From Paraphysomonas bandaiensis (Eukaryota > Protista > Chrysophyceae), in contig CBFFRP010000192.1 of NCBI GenBank assembly GCA_965644295.1, positions 1 through 64,000 on the forward strand: a DNA stretch of 64,000 bases, in the 5' to 3' direction. Under the pieces are notes generated by a model. The model had not been told where the DNA came from, made no database searches, and saw only the letters and a list, made by a program, of their open reading frames with translations. The position numbers and the translations under genes are program-made. Below are positions 1 through 12,400 of this stretch, piece after piece (the stretch's first letter is position 1; each line of letters begins with the position of its first letter).

Positions 1-581
1 CACTGTATACCGTATACACTGTATATGATGTATTTGCAGTATTCCTCTATCGTATGTATGCGTCTATATCACTCGTAGGTATACGGTGTCAGTATACTGT
101 ACCCTACACTGTATAAATACAGGAAGCGAATACTGAACCAATGCTTTCCCTATTCTCAATGCTGATTGGTCGAGTGTCCATTATCGTTTAGATGAGCAGC
201 AGTTGAGAGTGTATACGGCAGAGTCCATACATTAATGTGTAGAGTATGAAGAAGAAGAATTCTTCAAGAATATTCATAAATATCGTCACTCCTTCGCAGA
301 AAATTTGGATTTAGTCACTGTGTGGCTGTCAACGCTCAAGCGCATCGTCATTCTTTTTAGTTAAGCTTGTTCTCTCTTTGTTGGTTGTTGTAGCTCGTCA
401 CTTTTCTGTTTAGTACTGAACTGCATAGCTGGTGAGTTGTGCTTTAGTTTCTTGGGGTGCCGAGAAGCATTTAGTACTGCAGAAGTAGTATAGAGTAATA
501 ATAAGCAGCATTCTCTCTGTTAAAGCGAGTTTTAGCTTATTTAGAGTTTGGCTCTCAGGTCCCAACCTGAGTTCCATTGCA
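1..581. mobile_element. Partial LTR running off the window edge; same family as solo LTR 31940-33285; interrupts the gypsy-like pol
   Basis: 1-581 is the near-identical reverse complement of 31940-32520. Homology stops at ...CCATTGCA (581), the TG/CA terminus. Confidence 0.85.
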
Positions 582-1301
582 AAACTCTTAATATATCAGT
601 TTGTTGAGCGAAATCAGGATGTACTTTTGATTCTAGTTCACTAAAATATTTCTCCCTAGCCTCATCCACTGACTGTTCCAAAAAAGTCACTAAACTTCCA
701 AAACTACATGGTTCGGGAATCATATCATCTTCCTCTGACTGTTCCGGAATTGGATTTTCCCAAGGATCACACACTGGTCCTGACGACATATATCTCCTAA
801 GTTCGTCAATGTCTTCACCAATATTGGCAAGAACTTCTATCTCATTTAAATTAACTGATTGCCCCGCACTCAGTGATGCTTTCTTAATCATATTCATAAA
901 TAACTCGGAAAAATGCTCACAGATTGCCGGTAATCCTATAATAATATCCTTTGCCAAACCGTCCAAAACATACAGTGAAAGTTGTGCTTTGTAGGTCTTT
1001 TACCCTCATCTTCAAAAGCAATTGTAACAGGAATATATCCTTTAAGTTCAATCTGATGTCCGTCTGCTACTTTAACCCTCAACTTTTTATGTACCATATC
1101 TTTTAACAATTTGTCCCCACACTTCTTAACAAAATTTGATGAAATAAAATTATCCGAAGATGATCCGGAATCAAATAAAACCATTTCCACATTAATCTTA
1201 TCACCACAATTATTTATTATCATTCCTTGCCTATGTACAGCATTGCGAAATCTGCTGGAAGTATCATTGTAATCTCGCATAGTCGCTATCAGTGATTGTG
1301 C
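582..1301 (-). pseudogene. Ty3/gypsy-like aspartic protease and start of pol, frameshifted and truncated by an LTR insertion
   Basis: VLFDSGSSSDNFIS catalytic motif (ORF 936-1280). The C-terminal DIIIGLP motif lies in the next frame (ORF 541-966). Removing one A from GGTAAAAG near 998 restores GKTYKAQLSLYVLDGLAKDIIIG. Confidence 0.8.
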
Positions 1302-2879
1302 TCAAAGGTCATCCAAAGGATTGTCATCCCCTTGTTGATCCTCTTCAACATCAGGTTGATCTCTGGTAAGAATACGTACATCACCAGGACGCTTTCTATC
1401 CCCAGGATATCTTTTCAATTGAGCTGGAGAATTGCTGTATCGACGTTGAGGTGGTGCATTAATACTTGGTTTGGGCATTACTGTTAACCCCACTCTTTCA
1501 GTCATCTTCTTAAGAGCTTCCGTCAAAACAGCTTTATCATGTGAAAATTTACATGACTTATCTTTGCACCCACCATCTTGCGTCAATTCTCTAAAACATG
1601 GGGAAGATTTCAATACCTCAGCCGCATACAAATCTTCTTCATGTTTCAGTACGTTTTGCTCCTCATCACTCACAGATTCTGAGTCAGAAACTTGTTGCTC
1701 AATTTGGTGTAGTAGTCGCTTATCTACCGCAGACGATTTTGTTCGAAAATTAAAACGACTTCTGAATTGATTATATTTTAACGACAAATCCCTAGTAATC
1801 TTCAACTGCTTAAAGAATTCTTTCAGAAAAGCTTTTACTGAAGGAAAATTTTCCGACCTCATAAGTCTCTTAGTAGTATCTCTCATACACGCAGGAATAA
1901 GACTCATCCACTGTTCCAACGAACCACCTCTCTTAGTCGTTACTAAAGGTATACTCTCATCAAGTTTGTTCACCTTAGCAGCCTCCTCCAAGAAATCATA
2001 CCGCTGATTGAACTTCGTTTCCAAAATACAAAGATCCTCATCGACACGACGGAAATCCTCTAACTTGTCCATTGTTACTCTGTACGGCAAACACGATTCA
2101 AGCAACATCGAATTAAAATCCATCATATCCAAAGGTCTGAACTGATACTTCGCTGCCTCAATAACTCGCGTTACACTTGCATCTATGCATTCCAAAGGTT
2201 CAGTATAATCATCAGGATATAATTCCATCAACGTAAACCTAATCATTTCCTTAGCCCTGCCTTCCAACAATGTAAACACAGAAGGAATTGGTCCATTGTC
2301 ACGACATTTCTCAAACTCAGCAATTCGTTCCAAGAAAACCAAAAACCCATCTAAAGTAATTTCCGACAACCTTATCTCCAGGTATGAATCATCTTCTTTG
2401 GTCAACGTAACTTTAGCCTTCGGTTGACGATCAATTTCACGAAGTGCTTCCTGAATAGTCTGACGTTTAGGTCTGACAGGTGGTCGCTCCTCTTCACCCC
2501 TGAGAGCTTGAGTAGCATTCAATACACCCTCACGCACAGCATTCTCTATACGTGTTTGCAACAACTCAGGGTCAATATACTGCTGCTCACGTCGCTCAAT
2601 AGTTGCGGCTACAGGCTGTTCACCATTCCCATGACCATCTGATTTAGACTCTTCAAACGGTATCTCCGAAAGCTGATCAACTTGTATAATTTCTGAATTA
2701 GCTCTCGATGACCTTCCAGATCTCCTCTGACTGATCTCCTCAAGACTTCGTTGAACATGCTCATTGAACGCCTGTTGCTGCTGAAAACGCTGCTCCATAT
2801 ACTCATGTTGCTCACGCATATACTGCATCAAGTCTTCCAGAGTAAGCTCTGTCTTCGCATCTCCTTCTGCAGGCTCCAT
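1302..2879 (-). CDS. gag: Gag-like protein of an LTR retrotransposon with a CCCH zinc finger
   Basis: 525-aa intronless ORF between an LTR and the protease; N-terminal coiled coil; CFRELTQDGGCKDKSCKFSH finger. Confidence 0.75.
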   Translation of the reverse strand: MEPAEGDAKTELTLEDLMQYMREQHEYMEQRFQQQQAFNEHVQRSLEEISQRRSGRSSRANSEIIQVDQLSEIPFEESKSDGHGNGEQPVAATIERREQQYIDPELLQTRIENAVREGVLNATQALRGEEERPPVRPKRQTIQEALREIDRQPKAKVTLTKEDDSYLEIRLSEITLDGFLVFLERIAEFEKCRDNGPIPSVFTLLEGRAKEMIRFTLMELYPDDYTEPLECIDASVTRVIEAAKYQFRPLDMMDFNSMLLESCLPYRVTMDKLEDFRRVDEDLCILETKFNQRYDFLEEAAKVNKLDESIPLVTTKRGGSLEQWMSLIPACMRDTTKRLMRSENFPSVKAFLKEFFKQLKITRDLSLKYNQFRSRFNFRTKSSAVDKRLLHQIEQQVSDSESVSDEEQNVLKHEEDLYAAEVLKSSPCFRELTQDGGCKDKSCKFSHDKAVLTEALKKMTERVGLTVMPKPSINAPPQRRYSNSPAQLKRYPGDRKRPGDVRILTRDQPDVEEDQQGDDNPLDDL

Positions 2880-3009
2880 GACTCTTAAAACAGTTCAAAG
2901 GGCTCAATAACACAATGAATGTATAATGTATTGTTCTTATCAACAGAGTAATATTACTGTAGTTGTTCTTAAGAACAACGTATGCTCACACAAAAACAAC
3001 ACTGATCTA

Positions 3010-3419
3010 TAACGTTTTAAAAAGATTTTAAGTGCACGCCAGCGGGCTGCTACACTGTTGAACTCACCAGCGGGTGATGCTCCTCAACTCAGACGCAAAC
3101 CGCGAAAGAATTTAAATAAATCGTTATTTAAAACGTGTAATAGAAAAGTGAGTAACACTGCTATACAACTCTACAGTAACACACACATACAACATCATGT
3201 TCAGCATTTCACTTCAGCACACAACACACCAGATCAGAAGTATTTTATCCGGTACGTATGTACAGCTTCAACACTCCGTGTATACACTGAAAGAGTAGAA
3301 ACTGAATATGTAACTGAAAACTGAAAATACAAAAACACTCTGTACGTGTTAGAGAGTACAACAGAAGAGTAACATATAATACTACTACCAACGCAGAAAA
3401 TAACCAGTACTGCGTTACA
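3010..3419 (-). mobile_element. 5' LTR of the gypsy-like element (inner boundary approximate)
   Basis: Starts TGTAACGCAG on the minus strand at 3419; diverged inverted homolog of 7653-8060, which follows a polypurine tract. Confidence 0.7.
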
Positions 3420-3913
3420 CTCGAGCAATCTGTCACCAAGATTCTACTCCCTCTCTACAACGGAGGGATGAACATGCTCAAAAACAGAGGCTGCAGACAT
3501 CACAACATCAAGGTAACACCACTGACACAACCCTCAACTTCTACAACCTCACAAGCACTCACACTACCACCAACTCGACAATCCTTCAACTCCTCCAAGC
3601 AACATCCACCCCTAGAGCCAAGCCCCCCACGCGAACTCGATCACAACGCAGGCCTGCAAATCCGGCCCGGATACAAACGACTCTCACCTACAAACGAAAC
3701 CCAGACACGACTGGAGCTCCCGGATCCTCTGTCACCGACTCACACCCCCGAATCAAAATCCCACCCTCCACATCCCGGTCCACAAGTGGCTCCGGACCGG
3801 CAGAGACATTACCCAAAGGAAGACCACCGGACTAAGCCCAACACAAGGGATGGTTGCACCAAGGTGCTTGCAGCAATGCACAAGCAGTCCCGAGACAACC
3901 CAGTTTTTAGCAA

Positions 3914-3924
3914 CTTTGATACCA
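3914..3924 (-). promoter_or_regulatory. Possible tRNA-iMet primer-binding site of another LTR-element relic (leader ~3430-3913)
   Basis: Minus strand reads TGGTATCAAAG, close to the canonical TGGTATCAGAG. Confidence 0.4.
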
Positions 3925-4269
3925 CTAGTCTAAAGTCGTAGATAGCTAAAAACAAAGTAGTTCTCTCATGTAATAATCAGATCTTTATATATATAGCAAT
4001 TCCTCATAAATGAAAAACGATTAGATGGTCATAAGTCGATGTAACCGCCAAACCTGTTGAAATTTTGAAAAAGTCGATTTAAGTTGAATTTATGATACGT
4101 ATTGCAATAATTAGTGTAGTAGATGTGAAGAGAACATGTTTGCAATGAAAAATAATAAAAATTATATCACTTGCAGACCAAAAAATGTTAAATGAAACGG
4201 TTACATTATACATAATATGTGTTCTATATATAGTGCTATATAATACAAATGTTATTGATTAATTAAATG

Positions 4270-5270
4270 TACTTACAATCGACAAACAACCAAACTTCTG
4301 CCACGTTTTCCAGTAAGAATAGATGCAGAATATGCTGCACCAATGTCTGTCAACTCCTGATTGTATAGAAATAAATGAGGAATAACAATACGTATTATTA
4401 TGTATATATTATACCACCTTCATATCGCAACAGGTACTGCAGGATTGCTCGAATATTGCCGTCGTTATCGACCTGAACCTCATACATCCCTCTGCCGTTG
4501 TATGAGTGAACTGTACAACCTAGCTGATATTAGGGTCCTCCACCAAAGCACCAATCTCACTCCTGCGGTACAATTTCATTAGCACTTGTACCGTCGCTGC
4601 TACAGAGCAAATATACCTTTATCACCGCTATCATTTTATATAGAGGTAAAACTTCAGTGTCATATCAAAAAATAGAGGTGAACGGTGCGACGTTCTTTGC
4701 TGTGTGAGCAGCAGCCCACTCTGATACAGCTCAACGAATTGACAGACTGACAGCACTGAGCCTTTATACTTACTACAATGTGTCGGGGTCTCACACCTCC
4801 CACTCTTTGGATATGGTGCCTATGAGTGTCAATAACTTCACTGTTGAGGCAAAAGCGGACAATACAAGACCAAGATATTGACTCCGGGACCAACTGGTTA
4901 GCTTGCTGTCACTCATTGACAAGTACTGTGGTCTCTGTTGTCACAGACCCAGAGCGAAGGCATGAGATGCGCAGTTCCTACCACTTCCATTAATCCTGGA
5001 GGTAACTTGTTCTCCCTCGCCTTGAGAGCTTATTCAGTATACCAACTTCCACCCACCCCTCCACAGTTCGTTTTCATGTGGTTGACACAATGGTTCTTGA
5101 AACAGGAGTGATATTACGTCTGTATTCAACGTATATTACAAGGCATAGTCAAAATCTATGCAACGCCGTTACCTCGACAGAACACCTCCGATGATATCAA
5201 ACTCACGCCAAAACGCAATTAGAGGGATACCCAATAAATGAATAGACAGATATCTGATGGAAGAACTCAT
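4270..5270 (-). pseudogene. Highly degraded MULE-like transposase relic
   Basis: Minus-strand HCVNHMKTN (CxxH...N motif) near 5070-5095 and a decayed SWIM-like GVRPRHIV near 4780; many stops. Confidence 0.35.
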
Positions 5271-5779
5271 TCGCAGTCATATCAGCTGCGTGTGTGTGCT
5301 GCTCTGTGCTGATGTGAACAGAGACCGTCGAAGCAGTCTGAATATGCTGACTGCACAGAGCCTTTCGGCCCCTCTCCAGATCGAATAAAATACTCTGATC
5401 GCTGTTCCTCAGTCCCCGAGGGTTCAGACAGGAGTCTCGTCTCTCCTTCCTCTTGCTGTGTGCTCATCTCTGTGATTCTCATCTGATGGATATGAGTGCT
5501 CTCTCTTCCCTCTTGTTAGGCCTAATATAGGGTTATGAGATATGCATATGGTCACATGAACTTACTCTGATCTCATGTGTTGTTATTGTGGGGGTGAGAG
5601 CATCGTATGAGGGGTGTGGATGATGTGTGTGTGATGCTTGTCTTAAGAGGGAGGCATCATGATCACTTCACTATCAAAATCATAAAACGCACTAATTATT
5701 ATGATGAAAAAAGTCAAAAAAAAGTATTTTTGAAAAAAAAACTGAAATCTGTGTTTATTTCGAATCCCCCCTGTAACCA

Positions 5780-6500
5780 AATCTCCATGCCGATCCCACA
5801 CTCAAATATACTCTCAACCTCAACACAGCAGCAACTTCTGTTTGCTCCTGAATCCACAAGGGCCATCATGCATGCATCCTCCCATTGATTCTGACCCTTA
5901 TTCACCCCAACAAACCGCTGCATACACTCTGTCGATACTCCACTGGATCTCTAACTCATATTCTTCACTAATTATAACATCGCCCTCTTGATCGTTCTCT
6001 ATGTTTGACGATCACAGACAACAACCGGACATTCGCAAAATTCATGATACGTAAGATCCTGTTTCGAAGATCACCACTTTCCACGCATTCCAATCTCTGT
6101 CATTGACTTCTCAACGCCCAATGAAGGTGAGGCTAATGTTTCAGGAAAAGCCGGGCAGGAGGAATATTGATGCCACCTTGGTACATTATAAACCAATCAA
6201 CCCAGAAGAAACCATAAAAGTCAATCAAATCCCCAACAAAGAATTACTTGCACTAGTTACACTCCTCTATTACGCCGTTGAACCACTCGAATAGTCATTA
6301 TTTTGTACACAAGGGCCTCCTTATTTGATAAACACTCCAAGAGGCCACAACAGGAGCAAACAGCTGGTGATCTGTGTTCTCCAATACCCGTGAAATTAGC
6401 CTTTTTCAATTCCTCTTCCACAGTCTCCTCAAATCTCTCTGCTCTTCCGGTCATCGTATCCACACTGCTGGAGCGACATGCTTCAGATAACATACTCTCG
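5780..6500 (-). pseudogene. Degraded copia gag-protease fragment
   Basis: ALVDSGANR protease motif. EELKKANFT...VCSCCG resembles EEINFT...VCSFC of the copia at 47532. Confidence 0.5.
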
Positions 6501-6512
6501 AGAACAAGTTAA

Positions 6513-6903
6513 TGTTGTAAGGCAATAACAAGCCACAAGTTGATAGTAAACGATAGTGTTATTAACTTGTTTTATCAGAGGTTATCTGTGATAATAATGA
6601 CTAGCATTCTAATCTATCTTCTATCACAGACTACACCTACAGCTCACCGCTTGGGCATATATATATGTATATGCCCTTACTCTATACCAATCCACTGTAC
6701 ATATTGGACTGTACATATCCTACACCGTATTGTCATCATACACCGTATAATGGTATACCGTTACCCTACTGTAGCTGGCTGTCTACACTGCATATATCCT
6801 GTATACTATACATCCACAGTATAGAGTGCAATATACAGCAGTATACTATCAAACCAAGCTTTCACTCCAATGACAGCCAACCTCCTATACGGGGATGACA
6901 ACA
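6513..6903. mobile_element. LTR-like sequence (~390 bp)
   Basis: Terminal inverted hexamers TGTTGT...ACAACA; non-coding; no matching TSD seen. Confidence 0.45.
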
Positions 6904-6929
6904 TGACCAATTCTTCTACGAATTTCTCA

Positions 6930-7400
6930 TTTGGTTATTGGATACAATACAAGGCAAAGGTTAATCCAAATATCCGTATTTGAGAATTCAGTATCGTTTA
7001 CTTTTACTGCGGTATTCTATTTGAATGAGTGAAATCTGTTATCGATACGAGGATGTTGTTACTGCTACCATGGCTAAAGCTGAACGTACTCGTATGAAAC
7101 GTATTCCTATTGAGGGACGGAGTGTAACCTGGTCAAACTATTTATGTAGATTTGCGTGCTTGGGGTGCCGATTTTTATGATACACTAGACTTACCGAATT
7201 GTTATACGACTATTTATGTTGTGGAGTGTAACTATGTACAGTGGGCGGGTCGTCGTAAATTGCGTATTGATCTATATTGCCCTTTGTTTCAGTCTACATA
7301 TGAATGGAGTGCCTATGACGTTCATTGCTACGGTCGAGTTACTACATTTATTTGACTATTCTATTATGGTGTTGGTCGATGCGGAGTTTTGCAAGAGATT
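6930..7400 (+). pseudogene. 3' end of a gypsy-like pol (post-integrase C-terminal region), decayed
   Basis: PGQTIYVDLRAWGADFYDTLDLP...YVVEC peptide lies directly upstream of a PPT and LTR. Confidence 0.5.
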
Positions 7401-7634
7401 TCCTGATATACTCTTGTAAACAGGTTTTATTCTTCTATTTTGAAATCATATTTATAATATTCTTTTATTTCTATTACAATACTACCTTGTCTATCTATAG
7501 TTTATTCTCAATCTAATATGTTTGAATCTGATTTTGTTTGCTTATACTCAGAATGACGCTATCTAGTATGGCCGATTTAGGTATTTGCATACATGAATCA
7601 CAGTCTCTGTATTCACAATCTAATTTCTTCAGCT

Positions 7635-8060
7635 GGGGGGAAAAGAGGGTAGTGTCACGCAGTACTGGTTACTTACTGCGTTATTAGTAGTATGATATGT
7701 TACTCTTCTGTTGTACTCTCTAACACGTACAGAGTGTTTTAGTATTTTCAGTTTCCAGTTTTATTTTCAGTTTCTACTCTCAGAGTGTTGAAGCTGTACA
7801 TACATACCGGATAAAATTCTTCTAATCGGGTGTGCTGTGTGTTGAAGTGAAATGCTGAACATGATGTATGTATGTGTATGTGTGTGTTACACTGTAGAGA
7901 TGTATAGCTGTGTTACTCATTCTTCTTCTATATAACGTTTTAATAACGATTCAATTAAGCTCATTCGCGGTTTGCGTTTGTGTGGAGGAGTTCTACCCGC
8001 TGGTAGGCTTAACAGTGTAGCAGCCCGCTGGCGTACACTTTAAATCTGTTAAAACGTTTT
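7635..8060 (+). mobile_element. Polypurine tract (7635-7652) plus 3' LTR (from 7653)
   Basis: GGGGGGAAAAGAGGGTAG immediately followed by TGTCACGCAG; homologous to LTR 3010-3419. Confidence 0.75.
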
Positions 8061-8074
8061 TAGAGAGAGCTTTC

Positions 8075-8269
8075 TGTCATTCACGTGTTTCTAGTTCTCA
8101 GAAACATCACACATGACCCGCACATGGGAGGAACTATCGCAGTGGTCAGCGAGGCATGGAAGGGAAGCATTCGCCGCACGAGCACCGACTGCACAGGGCT
8201 CGGGCTAATATCTAGAATTGAGTTCCACACCAGCAGACCCAACAGAGACGAAAGGCTCACCATACATAC
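8075..8269 (-). other. Short structured (TATG)n-anchored element abutting a truncated copia gag
   Basis: Minus strand starts GTATGTATGGTGA exactly where gag homology ends (GQPPTE). Stems CGAGC/GCTCG, GCTGGTGT/ATATTAGC and TGTTTCT/AGAAACA. Confidence 0.45.
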
Positions 8270-9073
8270 CTCGGTTGGCGGTTGTCCCAACTTAGTCAAT
8301 TTCTGTATTATCCCATTCAACCTATCAATGCCAATAGCGACCTTTTCATTGGCTCTAATTTTAAAGCTATGGTATTCCGCTGTAGTCTTCTCGAGTACAT
8401 TTCCCAACTCCCCCCTAAACCTATCCACCAGCGTCTGAAGCATTTCATTGGACAAAACTTCCTTATTGGGATCATCATCTGGAAGTAACGCCTTCGCCTC
8501 CATGTACTGATTGGCAACCTCTAATACATCAGCGTCATGTTCACAAGCCTCCCAAATCGTTGCAACACACGTGTCATTTCGCTCATGCCATAATTCTCGT
8601 GCTCTGCCTCCTCCAGCAGGTTTCGGATGAATCTTTATTTTCTGAGAAGACGCCTCAGCCTGGTACTTGTCGAACTTCAGCACCTTGCTGTCCTCCTTCG
8701 TCTCTTCAGTGCTACCACTCGCTACCATGTTAACATAGGACATTTCACCGAAGTTAACTTTGCTCTACACGTAAACCGTAACCTTGCTATTGAACACAAT
8801 GCACTTTCAAGTAAGAAATTATGATTATTATTCTGGACACTTCACTACATATTCGTGTAACATATGTTGAAACATCTGTTCTTATAGCAACATCTGTTTA
8901 TCATATGTTCATCAGTCAGTTCTATATCTTGTATAGTCACACATCAGTAACTGAATTTAATTCCTTTGTAACTATAATCACCCGTTACACCTATGAGTTG
9001 ACATTACCTATTGCACACTGTTAACTCACTTCAATTGCACAATATATATCACATCATATTGTGAAACTCAACA
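8270..9073 (-). mobile_element. 5' part of a Ty1/copia element: LTR (~8790-9073) and N-terminal gag (8270-8743)
   Basis: FKIRANEKVAIGIDRLNGIIQKLTKLGQPPTE matches FKIRPGEKVSVGVDRLNGIIQKLIKLGQPQTE at ~47560; TGTTGAG terminus at 9073. Confidence 0.7.
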
Positions 9074-9400
9074 GTAGGATAAAAGAGTTTGTATTGATTA
9101 GTTACGGGTAGAGGTCTAAATAGTTTGTCTAGTATTCTTGTAGCCACTAATTGGTGCAGGCTTTTTACGCCTATTGCTAAATAACTAGACATTCAATATA
9201 AGATATAGGATAGACTGGTGAACATATGATAACCCACTATTAAGATAAATGAGGATGAGTAAATAAATAGATTCCGAATTATCGAATTCTGGCATGTCAT
9301 TGCTTTCCAACGTACCGTTTGCCTGGCAATAGATCACAAAACAGTAGAAAATAAAATTTGATTAATTATGATGTTTTGAATCCAATAATACATATACAGA

Positions 9401-12400
9401 CTACAGAATAGCAACATCATCTGAACTACTCCCTTCGCATTCAGAACTCAAGTAAAACTTTGTTCTCGTATTTATATTTGCCCGGCAAAAAGGGCATCTA
9501 ATAAATCAATATTAGACTCAATAGAGTCATAGTGCATCACCAATAGGTACTTACTTGTTCCGTTGCATTTTTCCCAAGCAGATCCCGCATATTGTGTGAC
9601 CACACGGAGACATCACGTGCGATACTCGGTTACAGAGGCATATCTGACACATACCGGCAGTTTTCATCGAATCTACCGTGCTTAGCGCTTCCACCAACTG
9701 TGATCTTTCACTGCGCAATTCCTCTTGCGTCTCTCTGTTACTGGCCTCTAGTTCCATGATTCGCTTTACGAGATCCTACGGATACGAATGACGTAAGTTA
9801 CTGATACATCGTTACCATATATACATTACAGTACCTGCTTTTCGAAGCTAATTGGTACACCTGCCCTTTGAAGAAGAGTACTAAGCGCGCCCAGCACCTC
9901 ACTTTGGGATACAGGAGAGTAAGAATTAGCGACAACGCATGCTTCCTCACACTCCCCCAATGCGGCTCTATCTTCCGATGTGGTATCCCTGCGCAAGAGT
10001 TCCAGGTGTGTTTTCCCTCTTGAGTCAGGTTTCATATGAAGTGTATTCCTGATTGTCACAGCTGATGTCGATTGCAAAGCCTTATCTCGCGCAGGCCTGA
10101 ACGAATACACCTCAGATGACAAAAGCGGCACCACAGACGACCCAGTTCGAATCGATATCCTTCTGAGTCCAGCTTTTCCCTCTTCAGAGATAGCTACTAC
10201 CTTACCATAGCATAAGCTAATACCCGCTTCAACACGAGTAAGGGAAGTAGAAACAGGTCTCTCCTCGTGCTTGATATCGTAAGCGACTATTTCTCCTAGT
10301 CTATAACTACGATAGGGTTTCAATTCTATCAGATCGTAATCGACAGAGTTTACAGGTATACCAGGAGTTCCTCTATTGTGCTCACGAAGAGTGGCAACGT
10401 CGCCCGAAATGCGCAGATCCGCAAGGATTCGGACACACATGTCTGAAGACGGTGCAGACAATAACAACGACATAGATGCTGCAAGTGAAGGATCCAACCC
10501 GATGAGTCTGCAGAGCCCAATGCTGACTGCAACACTCATCGATATTGGAGGTGAAAGCATGGTTGAGCTAATCCATATCACTGGACCACCGATGCATTTG
10601 TCATCAACGTAACATATAGATTCCATGGAACCAACACCTATCGTGCTACTCACCGAGCCATGACTGACGCATACATTTATATCTGTGAGGAGACGTTTAG
10701 TGCACCTGATAATAAAGTTAACCATACACCTAAGAATATTGATTACAACCTTATATCTACACTGCAGATAAGCCTTTCGACACCCAGAGTGGTTTCTGGT
10801 GCCCAGGTGATTGATTTGCAAGTCTGAGCAGCAGCCACTCCGTTGACAGTACCGCCTTTACGGAGGCATATCGATTCTAGCCCTTCAATAAACTCTTTGC
10901 GCCTGATGGCCTGTGAAGAGTATTTCATCCAATAGAAATACCCAGAGAATATGAAATCTCACCGATGCAATCTCCTGTAGCTCGTCGTCACACTATAAAC
11001 ACATATTAATATCGTCAAGCTGGAAATGAATATCAAAACCTGTTCACAGCCATCTTGACATATCCAATTTTCTACAAGAGTTTCTACAACTACGGAGCTG
11101 GCCAAAAAATAACAAAACTATAAAAAAAGGGTTTCATGCAATCTGCATGACCAACCTAAGAAACGATATACCCAATTGAGTTGCAAGCGGCTTGCTGATG
11201 TACGGGTGAAGAATAAATAAATTCCCTGCGACTTCACCACCTTTTCCCAGCCGCTCTCTGAGCCATCCGTCGTCATTGTACTGTACAAGCATGGTGAAAA
11301 ACACAGTGATAAAAGGGAACATAAGCCTAAAAATACCAGAGATGATACAGCTGGCCTCAGTACTGAGTCTTCGTCCGGAAGGTAGAGCCCCATCAATTGC
11401 ATCTGTCTGTTGACAGAGGCATCATCTTCCGCTTCCCTCTCATTGGCGATCGCCTATAAACATTCCGATGAAATACCGTCACATTGAGTTTAAAGGTCTC
11501 GGTATTAAGACCTGAACAATTGCGATAACGGCCCGCAATTCATTTGGGTTCAGACCGTTCCCTCGACACTCGGACTCCAGTTCATATAAGAACTTGCAAT
11601 AGTCTGTAGGCGACGGTCTTTCTCGAACACCCAACTACAACGATGACAATTTATTAATCATAGCACCTGTCATATGACACAAAACCAAGCACACCATTTT
11701 TAAAAACTGTTCTTGTGTGCCAAAATAGCGCGGAACCTCATGCATAAAAGGACTCAAATCTTCTGATAGTCTGAAAAACAACCTTCCCGGCTTAATCAAT
11801 GTCTGTCCAACCGGAACAAGGTTGGCTGTCTTGAGAGCTTCCTTTACGCTAGGAGAAACTGATTTCCAATTGTCGAATAAATAGTGGAATATTCGTCCGA
11901 ATGATTCTCGCACTGGATACTGTGTTGTATTCCATCTGTCAAGTGCATCACCATAGGAAGTCAAGTTCCTGAGATGCCGCAGCACAATTTCTACGGACGG
12001 AACAGTTGTGATTCCAAGGGATGAAGAAAACGTCTTTATACGAGACGGTCAGGATGCCATCATAATAAAGATATTGTGATACCTGGGGTGGAGACAAATC
12101 CTCAGCAAGTATTGGGAGCACCGTGAAACCGAGAAATCCTTTACTCGCAGACAACGTCTGTTCAAATCTGCATACATCAGCCTTGTACACTACATGCCCC
12201 CCAGCTTCAACCCCGATGGGTATAGACACTGGAACAAACGATATTTTGCTCAATCTAGAGAACAATCAATAAAATGCAACTGAAACAAAGGAGAATAACC
12301 TTCTTGCCACATTGACATCAAAAAGGGTAGTCGCACGATTACTGTTTCGTAAATAACGCAAAAGTCGCTTCCCTCTCTCAATAGGCCCGCCGCACTGCAA

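Noticed and set aside
3468-3941. 157-aa Pro/Thr-rich ORF
   Set aside because: No recognisable motif; it is antisense to a G/T-rich LTR-element leader downstream of a PBS-like site.
4107-5700. TIRs (AATAATTAGTG / CACTAATTATT) for the MULE-like relic
   Set aside because: Only ~11 bp in AT-rich DNA, and the match does not extend convincingly.
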